DNA of 24,000 nt from an uncultured Flavonifractor sp. (GTDB lineage Bacteria; Bacillota; Clostridia; Oscillospirales; Oscillospiraceae). Where the stretch lies: the NCBI RefSeq assembly GCF_944383115.1, contig NZ_CALWOJ010000014.1:1-24000 (forward strand), read 5' to 3'. Shown here piece after piece: positions 6,711-13,534 of this stretch. The notes beneath the pieces were generated by a model. The model saw only the letters and a list, made by a program, of their open reading frames with translations, had not been told where the DNA came from and ran no database searches. The translations under genes were made by a program, and so were the position numbers. Position 1 is the first letter of the stretch; the number at the start of each line of letters is the position of its first letter.

Positions 6711-9308
6711 TTATACCAGCTGCTTCAATTCAAAGAGCAGGTTCATGGCCTCGATGGGGGTGAGGGTATTGAGATCCACCCCGCGCAGCCGCCGGGCCAC
6801 CTCGCCGCCCCCCATGTCCAGCAGGGACACCTGGTCGGGGGCGGGAGCCGCCGGGGCCTGGGGGGTCTGCACCCCGCCTGCCTCCAGCTCTTTCAGGATG
6901 TGGCGGGCCCGGGTGATGACCTTGTCAGGCACCCCGGCCAGCTTGGCCACTTCGATGCCATAGCTCTGGTCGGCCCCGCCGGGGACGATCTTCCGCAGGA
7001 AGAGAATGTCGTCCCCCTTCTTCTTGGCGGCGATGTTGTAGTTCTTCACCCCGGGGATGACCCCCTCCAGGGCGGTGATCTCATGGTAGTGGGTGGCAAA
7101 CAGGGTCTTGGCCCCCAGCTTTTTCTTGTCGGCGCAGTACTCCAGCACCGCGCGGGCAATGGACATACCGTCGTAGGTGGAGGTGCCCCGGCCGATCTCG
7201 TCCAGGATGAGCAGGCTCTTGCTGGTGGCGTTTTTTAAGAGTTCCGCCACCTCGGTCATCTCCACCATGAAGGTGGACTGACCGGCGCTCAGGTCGTCGC
7301 TGGCTCCGATGCGGGTGAATACCCGGTCCACGATGCCGATGCGGGCGGACTTGGCGGGGACGAAGGAACCCATTTGGGCCATCAGGACGATAAGGGCCAC
7401 CTGGCGCATGTAGGTGGACTTGCCCGCCATGTTGGGGCCGGTAATGATGGCCACCGTGTTGTCTTTTCCGTCCATCCGGGTGTCGTTGGGGACAAAGAGG
7501 GCATTTTTCAGCATCTTTTCCACCACCGGGTGGCGGCCCTCGGAAATTTCGATGGCGTCGGACAGATCCACCTCCGGGCGGCAGTAGCCGTTCTCGGCGG
7601 CCACGGCGGCAAAAGAGGCCAGCACATCCACCTGGGCCACGGCGGCGGCGGAGCGTTGGATCTCCCCCACCCGGGCGGCGGCCTGACAGCGCAGGTCACA
7701 GAAGAGCTGATACTCCAGGGCGGTGACCCGGTCCTGGGCGGACAGGATCTCATGCTCCAGGTCCTTCAGCTCCTGGGTGATGAACCGCTCGCAGTTGGCC
7801 AGGGTCTGCTTGCGGATGTAGTCCTCCGGCACCTGGTCGTAGTAGGATTTGGATACCTCGATGTAGTAGCCGAACACCTTGTTAAAGCCCACCTTCAGGC
7901 TCTTGATGCCGGTCTTTTCCTTCTCTCTGGCCTCCACGGCGGCCACCAGGTCCTTGCCGCCGGTGAGGATGCTCCGCAGCCGGTCCACCTCCGGGTCGTA
8001 GCCGTCCCGGATAAAGCCCCCCTCCCGGACCGAGAAGGGCGGATCGTCGCAGATGGCGGAGCAGATCAGCTCCCGCAGCTGGGGCACATCGTCCAGGCCG
8101 GCGGCCAGGGAGGTGAGCAGGGCGCCGGAGTAGGGGGAGAGCAGCTCCCGCAGCCGGGGCAGCTTGCCCAGGCCGGCGGCCAGGGCCGCCAGGTCCCGGC
8201 CACCCGCAGTGCCGTACACAATGCGGCCGATGAGCCGCTCCAGGTCGGTGATCTCCCGCAGGGTGTCCTTCAGCTCCTCCCGGCCGATGGGGTCGCCCAC
8301 CAGCTCCTCCACCGCACCCAGCCGACGGCTGATGGCGCCGGGAGAGAGCAGGGGCCGCTCCATCCAGGTGCGGATGAGCCGGTGGCCCATAGCGGTGCGG
8401 GTCTTGTCCAGCACCCACAGCAGGCTCCCCTTTTTCTCCTTGGAGCGGAGGGTCTCGGTCAGCTCCAGGTTGCGCCGGGCGGTGAGGTCCAGCTCCATGA
8501 ACTGGCCGGAGGTGAACCAGGTCAGGGTGGTGATGTGGGAGAGGTCGGTTTTCTGGGTCTCGTAGAGATAACTCAACAGGCCGCCCACCGCCTGGAGGGC
8601 GTGGTCGTCCCCCTCCGGCAGCTGATCCAGGCCGCCGGTGAACTGCTCCTCCACCAGGGCGCGGGCGGAATCGGGCCGAAAGCGGGCCTCCCCGCCGTTC
8701 TCGCACCGGCAGCCCAGCTGATTGGTGAGAAAGTCCAGCAGGGCGGCGTCGCTGTAGGCCCCGTCGGACAGCATGGCCTCCCGGGGGGAGAAGCGGCCCA
8801 GCTCGTTGCACAGGTGTTCCTTGGCGTCGGGGCCGGTAAAGGAGGTGACGGAGATCTCGCCGGTGGAGATGTCGCAGAAGCACAGCCCCGCCCCGGCGGA
8901 GTCGGCACAGACGGCGCAGATAAAGTTGTTGCGGCCCTCCTCCAGCATGGAGGAGGCGATGACGGTGCCGGGGGTGACGATACGGATGATGTCCCGGTCC
9001 ACCAGCCCCTTGGCGGTGGCGGGGTCCTCCATCTGCTCGCAGATGGCCACCTTGTAGCCCTTGGCGATGAGCCGGGCGATGTAGGCGTCGGCGCTGTGGT
9101 AGGGCACGCCGCACATGGGGGTGCGCTGATCCTCCGGCTTGCCCCGGTCCCGGGTGGTGAGGGTGAGATCCAGCTCCCTGGAGGCCAGCTTGGCGTCCTC
9201 CTGGAACATCTCGTAGAAGTCGCCCAGCCGGAAAAAGAGGATGCAGTCCGGGTGAAGTTCCTTCATTTTCAGATATTGGCGCATCATGGGAGTCAGTTCC
9301 GACGGCAT
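6711..9308 (-). CDS. mutS: DNA mismatch repair protein MutS
   Basis: MPSELTPMMRQYLKMKELHPD, FYEMF mismatch-binding motif, Walker A GPNMAGKSTYMRQ, and DEIGRGTSTYDG. RBS AAAGGAG (fwd 9317-9323) upstream. Confidence 0.98.
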   Translation of the reverse strand: MPSELTPMMRQYLKMKELHPDCILFFRLGDFYEMFQEDAKLASRELDLTLTTRDRGKPEDQRTPMCGVPYHSADAYIARLIAKGYKVAICEQMEDPATAKGLVDRDIIRIVTPGTVIASSMLEEGRNNFICAVCADSAGAGLCFCDISTGEISVTSFTGPDAKEHLCNELGRFSPREAMLSDGAYSDAALLDFLTNQLGCRCENGGEARFRPDSARALVEEQFTGGLDQLPEGDDHALQAVGGLLSYLYETQKTDLSHITTLTWFTSGQFMELDLTARRNLELTETLRSKEKKGSLLWVLDKTRTAMGHRLIRTWMERPLLSPGAISRRLGAVEELVGDPIGREELKDTLREITDLERLIGRIVYGTAGGRDLAALAAGLGKLPRLRELLSPYSGALLTSLAAGLDDVPQLRELICSAICDDPPFSVREGGFIRDGYDPEVDRLRSILTGGKDLVAAVEAREKEKTGIKSLKVGFNKVFGYYIEVSKSYYDQVPEDYIRKQTLANCERFITQELKDLEHEILSAQDRVTALEYQLFCDLRCQAAARVGEIQRSAAAVAQVDVLASFAAVAAENGYCRPEVDLSDAIEISEGRHPVVEKMLKNALFVPNDTRMDGKDNTVAIITGPNMAGKSTYMRQVALIVLMAQMGSFVPAKSARIGIVDRVFTRIGASDDLSAGQSTFMVEMTEVAELLKNATSKSLLILDEIGRGTSTYDGMSIARAVLEYCADKKKLGAKTLFATHYHEITALEGVIPGVKNYNIAAKKKGDDILFLRKIVPGGADQSYGIEVAKLAGVPDKVITRARHILKELEAGGVQTPQAPAAPAPDQVSLLDMGGGEVARRLRGVDLNTLTPIEAMNLLFELKQLV

Positions 9309-9790
9309 GGCGGGCGCTCCTTTTCTGTCTCAGTATAGTAGCGATCCAGTTCCCATTTTAATGGGTTCTGGTCAATATAGGTCCAAATGGTTTGAAAATC
9401 ATCGGTGTTGCGGACGATGTGGTCGTGATAGCCCCGCTGCCAGACCGGTGTGCCCCAGGCTTTGGTCACCAAAGTCTTAAAGGAACGCACCACGTTGGTC
9501 AGCGTAGGGGCCGATGCCTTCATCGGCCCGCTCTCCAGGGTTACCAGAAAATGAACGTGGTTGGGCATAATCACAAATTTAATGATGCCGGGGATAGAGG
9601 ACAGATGGCGCTCTGCCAGCTGTCCCAGAGGGGTGAGCCTGATCTGCGGGGCGATGTAGGCATCGCCCCCTACGATGGTGGACAGCGTATGGCGGCGGTC
9701 CTTGGTGCAGATAGTAATAAAATAGGTGCCGCCGGAGGTGTAATCCCAGGTTTTTAAGCGGAGATTCTTACGGACGGGATAATCGGGCAT
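9293..9790 (-). CDS. REP-associated tyrosine transposase-like protein (RAYT / IS200-type Y1 HUH enzyme, COG1943-like)
   Basis: WDYTSGGTYFITICTKDR beta-strand, HUH motif in IMPNHVHFLV, C-terminal WQRGYHDHIVRN with the candidate catalytic Tyr, and YIDQNPLKW. No tnpB partner and no IS ends were seen. RBS AAGGAGG upstream. Lower GC than its neighbours. Confidence 0.85.
   Translation of the reverse strand: MPDYPVRKNLRLKTWDYTSGGTYFITICTKDRRHTLSTIVGGDAYIAPQIRLTPLGQLAERHLSSIPGIIKFVIMPNHVHFLVTLESGPMKASAPTLTNVVRSFKTLVTKAWGTPVWQRGYHDHIVRNTDDFQTIWTYIDQNPLKWELDRYYTETEKERPPCRRN
9504..9529 (+). repeat. REP-like element H1 (inside the RAYT CDS)
   Basis: GTAG GGGCCGATG CCTT CATCGGCCC: perfect 9-bp stem, 4-nt loop. 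Confidence 0.65.
9648..9673 (-). repeat. REP-like element H2 (inside the RAYT CDS)
   Basis: Minus strand reads GTAG GGGGCGATG CCTA CATCGCCCC: perfect 9-bp stem. It differs from H1/H3 by a compensatory C-G to G-C swap. Confidence 0.65.
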
Positions 9791-9808
9791 TGGGAAACCC
9801 TCCTTTGC

Positions 9809-9834
9809 GGGCCGATGTGGGCATCGGCCCCTAC
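9809..9834 (-). repeat. REP-like element H3 (miaB-RAYT spacer)
   Basis: Minus strand reads GTAG GGGCCGATG CCCA CATCGGCCC: perfect 9-bp stem. Its GTAG overlaps the miaB TAG stop codon. Confidence 0.65.
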
Positions 9835-11234
9835 ACCTTCTCCCCCATCAAAGACCACTTGTTGGCCCCGGTGATCTTGACCTGCACAAACTGCCCGATG
9901 AGGGACTCCTCCCCGGTGAGGCGCACCAGCCGGTTGCCGGAGGTGCGGGCGGTGAGGCCCTTGTCATCCTGCCCGTCCACCAGGCAGCGCACCGTTTTCC
10001 CAATATAGGCCGCGTGCTTTTCCTCGGAAATCTGGTCCTGCCGCTCCACCAGCCGCTGGAACCAGGCCGCCTTCTCCTCCTTGGAGACGGGGTCTTCCAT
10101 CTTGGCGGCGGGGGTGCCCACACGGGGGGAATAGATAAAGGTAAAGAGGGCGTCAAACCGCACCTCGTCCAGCAGGGTCATGGTCTGCTCGAATTCCTCC
10201 GCCGTTTCCCCGGGGAAGCCCACGATCACGTCGGAGGTGATGACCACGTCGGGGATGGCCTCTCTCAGCCGGCGCACCTTGTCCAGGTAGCCCGAGCGGT
10301 CATACACCCGGTTCATGGCCTTCAGCACCCGGTCGCTGCCCGCCTGGAAGGGCAGGTGGAAGCAGGGGGCGATCTTGGGGGAGGACGCCATGGTGTCAAA
10401 GAGCTTCTGGGAGGCGTCCTTGGGGTGGCTGGTCATAAAGCGCAGCAGGAAGTCCCCGGGAATCTCGGAGGCCGCCTTCAAGAGGTCGGCAAAGTCACAG
10501 GGAGAGTCCAGATCCTTGCCGTAGGAGTTGACGTTCTGGCCCAGCAGGGTGATGTCCTTGTACCCCTCGGCCACCAGGCCCCGGATCTCATCCAGAATGA
10601 CCTCCGGCTGACGGGACCGCTCCCGGCCCCGGACGTAGGGCACGATGCAGTAGGTGCAGAAGTTGTTGCAGCCGTACATAATGGATACCCAGGCCTTCAC
10701 CCTGTCCTGGCGCACCACCGGGATGCCCTCGGCGATGGAGCCGGGCTCGTCGGCGATGTCGAAGATTCTCCCCCGGCGGGTCACCAGCCGGTACAGGAGT
10801 TCCGGGAACCGCCACAGGGCGTGGGGCCCGAACACCAGGTCCACCTGCCGGTAGCTCTCTTTGATCTTCTGGGCACGGTGGGGCTCCTGAGCCATGCAGC
10901 CGCACACGCAGATGAGCTGGTTGGGCTTGGCCCGCTTGGTGTGGACCAGGGCGCCCACGTTGCCCAGCACCCGCATTTCGGCGTGTTCCCGGATGGCGCA
11001 GGTGTTGATGAGGATCAGGTCGGCTTCCGCCTCGCTGTCGGTGAAGTCGTAGCCCATCTCCCGCAGGTAGCCCCGCAGTCGCTCGGAGTCGGCCTCGTTC
11101 TGCTGGCAGCCGTAGGTATCCACAAAGGCCAGCGGGGGCGTGGGGCGGGCGGCGTTGCGCTCATGGAGTTTCTGGCAGAAGTCCCGCTGACGCGCCACGT
11201 CGGCGGGGGAAATTTTGGTGGTCTGTCGGTTCAA
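9831..11234 (-). CDS. miaB: tRNA-2-methylthio-N6-dimethylallyladenosine synthase MiaB (radical SAM methylthiotransferase)
   Basis: UPF0004 domain (FVDTYGCQQNEADSE), radical SAM CNNFCTYCIVP, and a C-terminal TRAM domain. TTG start with GGAGGA upstream. Confidence 0.93.
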   Translation of the reverse strand: MNRQTTKISPADVARQRDFCQKLHERNAARPTPPLAFVDTYGCQQNEADSERLRGYLREMGYDFTDSEAEADLILINTCAIREHAEMRVLGNVGALVHTKRAKPNQLICVCGCMAQEPHRAQKIKESYRQVDLVFGPHALWRFPELLYRLVTRRGRIFDIADEPGSIAEGIPVVRQDRVKAWVSIMYGCNNFCTYCIVPYVRGRERSRQPEVILDEIRGLVAEGYKDITLLGQNVNSYGKDLDSPCDFADLLKAASEIPGDFLLRFMTSHPKDASQKLFDTMASSPKIAPCFHLPFQAGSDRVLKAMNRVYDRSGYLDKVRRLREAIPDVVITSDVIVGFPGETAEEFEQTMTLLDEVRFDALFTFIYSPRVGTPAAKMEDPVSKEEKAAWFQRLVERQDQISEEKHAAYIGKTVRCLVDGQDDKGLTARTSGNRLVRLTGEESLIGQFVQVKITGANKWSLMGEKV

Positions 11235-11315
11235 AACGGTTCCTCCCGAAAAGTCTGTATCAATACATAATCATAGCACTTTTCCGGGTCAAACACAAGG
11301 CCTGTCCCCTTTTCA

Positions 11316-11344
11316 TTGACTGGATTCGGCGGGGAGTATATAAT
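11316..11344 (+). promoter_or_regulatory. Sigma-A type promoter candidate for the alr-like/dtd operon
   Basis: TTGACT (11316-11321), 17-nt spacer, TATAAT (11339-11344), 33 nt upstream of the ATG at 11378. Confidence 0.55.
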
Positions 11345-11377
11345 GGTAGAGACTATCCACGGAAAGGCGGCGGAGCC

Positions 11378-12445
11378 ATGAAAACCCTGGTCATCGAGCG
11401 GGACGCACTGAAACATAATATCTCCGTGGTCAAGGAGCGGGCGGGGGGCGCCGTGATCTACGGCGTGGTCACCGGGGACGGCCAGGGAGCCGGCCTCATT
11501 GAACTGGCCCGCGCCCTCCGGGCCGAGGGCATCGGCCGCTTTGCCGTGTCCGAGGTGGCGGAGGCCGCCGCCCTGCGGAAGGCGGGCTTTGTGGAGGAGG
11601 AGATCCTCATGCTCCGCTGCACCACCGACCGGGAGGAGCTGGAGGGGCTGCTGGATCTCAACGTGATCTGCACCGTGGGCTCCCACGACAGCGGCATGGC
11701 CCTCAACGGGGTGGCGGAGGCCCGCTCCACCGTGGCCGAGGCCCACATCCAGATCGACACCGGCATGGGCTTCGGCGGCTTTCTCTCCGCCGAGCCGGAG
11801 AAGATTTTGTCCACCTTCCGGGATCTGCCCAACATTGCCGTGTCCGGGGTGTGTACCCAGCTGTACACCAAGAGCCGCAAGGGCAAGGCCCTGTCCGCCC
11901 AGGTGGCGGAATTCACCAAAACGGTGGAGGCCATCCACGCCGCCGGGTTTGAGACGGGTACCGTCCACGCCGCCGGGTCCTATGTGCTGATGCACCATCC
12001 CGACGCCCGGCTGGGGGGTGTCCGGGCGGGTACCGTGCTGATGGGCCGGTGCCGCCGGGCCAGAGGGGACGGCCTGCGCCGGGTGGGCTACGGCGAGGTG
12101 AAGGTGGAGGAAACCCGCTGGGTACCCAAGGGCCATATTGTGGGGGGCAATACGCCCGCGCCCCTGAAAAAGAACACCCGGGTGGCGGTGCTGCCGGTGG
12201 GCTACCAGAACGGCTTCGGTATGGGTCGGCCCTGGGCGGGGGGCTTTTTCTCCGCCCTGCGCCGGTGGCTTGCCCAGCGGCAGATCACCATCCGGATCAA
12301 CGGCCAGAAGGCCAGGGTCATCGGCGGCATCGGCGCCATCGAGACCATCGTGGATGTGACCGACCTGAACTGTGCCGCTGGAGACCGGGCGGTGTTTGAT
12401 ATCGACCCCATTTTTGCCAAGGGATTTGTCCGGGAATACCGGTAA
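11378..12445 (+). CDS. Alanine racemase-fold (fold-type III PLP) homologue lacking the canonical catalytic Lys and Tyr
   Basis: Collinear with Alr over the full length (HIQIDTGMGFGG vs HLKMDTGMGRLG; VRAGTVLMG vs VRFGIAMYG; LPVGYQNGF vs IPIGYADGW; INGQKARVIG vs VDGQKAPIVG). The PLP-Lys motif AVVKANAYGHG is replaced by GVVTGDGQGAG (T32, codon 11471-11473). SYG is replaced by VGG (G257, codon 12146-12148). Confidence 0.8.
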   Translation: MKTLVIERDALKHNISVVKERAGGAVIYGVVTGDGQGAGLIELARALRAEGIGRFAVSEVAEAAALRKAGFVEEEILMLRCTTDREELEGLLDLNVICTVGSHDSGMALNGVAEARSTVAEAHIQIDTGMGFGGFLSAEPEKILSTFRDLPNIAVSGVCTQLYTKSRKGKALSAQVAEFTKTVEAIHAAGFETGTVHAAGSYVLMHHPDARLGGVRAGTVLMGRCRRARGDGLRRVGYGEVKVEETRWVPKGHIVGGNTPAPLKKNTRVAVLPVGYQNGFGMGRPWAGGFFSALRRWLAQRQITIRINGQKARVIGGIGAIETIVDVTDLNCAAGDRAVFDIDPIFAKGFVREYR

Positions 12446-12465
12446 ATCAGAAAGGAATTGAAACG

Positions 12466-12909
12466 ATGCGTGCAGTTGTGACCCGCGTGAAGAATGCCTC
12501 CGTCACCATCGACGGCAAGGTAAACGGCGAGATCGGCCAGGGCTTCCTGGTGCTGCTGGGGGTGGCCCCCGGCGATACCGAGGCCCAGGCCGTCAAGATG
12601 GCCGACAAGGTGTGCGGCCTGCGTATTTTTGAGGACGAGAACGAGAAGATGAACCTGAACCTGGAGGCGGTGGGGGGCTCCCTGCTGGTGGTGAGCCAGT
12701 TCACCCTCTACGCCGATACCAAGTCCCGCCGCCCCGGCTTCTCCGGGGCCGCCAAGCCGGACATCGCCATCCCCCTGTATGAGAAGTTCATGGCCGAGTG
12801 CGCAAGCCGGGGCTTTGAGGTCCAGCACGGCGAATTTGGGGCGGATATGCAGGTCTATTCTCAGAACGACGGCCCTGTGACCATTTTGCTGGACACCGAT
12901 ACCATGTAA
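12466..12909 (+). CDS. dtd: D-aminoacyl-tRNA deacylase
   Basis: MRAVVTRV start, GFLVLLGV, SQFTLYADT and NDGPVTILLD motifs. The length (147 aa) is typical. Confidence 0.95.
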   Translation: MRAVVTRVKNASVTIDGKVNGEIGQGFLVLLGVAPGDTEAQAVKMADKVCGLRIFEDENEKMNLNLEAVGGSLLVVSQFTLYADTKSRRPGFSGAAKPDIAIPLYEKFMAECASRGFEVQHGEFGADMQVYSQNDGPVTILLDTDTM

Positions 12910-12928
12910 AGAAGGGGGCAGACAACCT

Positions 12929-13534
12929 ATGAAAATTCGCGTTTTACAGGTGGGGCCCATTGGCACCAACTGCTACCTGCTGGAGGACGAGCATACCAAT
13001 ACCGCCGCCGTGGTGGACCCCGGCGACGAGGCCGACCGCATCCTGGCCCAGGCCAGGGAGGACGGGGTGGAGATCAAGCTCATCCTCCTCACCCACGCCC
13101 ACTATGACCACACCACCGGCGTGGCGGGGCTGCTCAAGGCATTGCCCGGCATCCCGGTGTACCTCCATCCCGACGACGCCGCCCGGCTGGGCAGCCCGGT
13201 GTTCCCCCCGCTGGGGACCGACCCCAAGCCCTACGGCGACGGCGACGTGGTGAAGGTGGGAGGCATCGACGTGCAGGTGATCCACACCCCCGGCCACACC
13301 CCCGGCGGGGTGTGCCTGATGGCGGGAGACGCCCTCTTCACCGGCGATACCCTGTTCCAGGGTTCTATGGGCCGCACCGACCTGCCCGGCGGCAGCTATG
13401 AGGAGCTGATGGCCTCCCTGAAACGGCTGGCCGGACTGCCGGGTGACTATCACGTCCTGCCCGGCCACATGGATCTGTCCACCCTGGAGGCCGAGCGGAA
13501 GGGCAACTACTACATGCAGCAGGCCGTCCTATGA
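12929..13534 (+). CDS. MBL-fold metallo-hydrolase (glyoxalase II-like)
   Basis: THAHYDHTTG (HxHxDH), HTPGHTPG, GDTLF and LPGH motifs. Its stop overlaps the next start (ATGA at 13531-13534). Confidence 0.85.
   Translation: MKIRVLQVGPIGTNCYLLEDEHTNTAAVVDPGDEADRILAQAREDGVEIKLILLTHAHYDHTTGVAGLLKALPGIPVYLHPDDAARLGSPVFPPLGTDPKPYGDGDVVKVGGIDVQVIHTPGHTPGGVCLMAGDALFTGDTLFQGSMGRTDLPGGSYEELMASLKRLAGLPGDYHVLPGHMDLSTLEAERKGNYYMQQAVL

Noticed and set aside
11235-11377. Possible replication origin: all genes switch from minus to plus here, and a DnaA-box-like CTATCCACG lies at 11353-11361.
   Set aside because: There is only one imperfect box (7/9 to TTATCCACA), no box cluster, no AT-rich unwinding element and no dnaA/dnaN nearby. 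The region is adequately explained as a divergent promoter region.
11520-11537. A REP look-alike, GGGCCGA GGGCA TCGGCC, inside the alr-like CDS.
   Set aside because: It forms only a 6-bp stem, has no GTAG head, and encodes an ordinary conserved segment (RAEGIGRF). This is probably coincidence.
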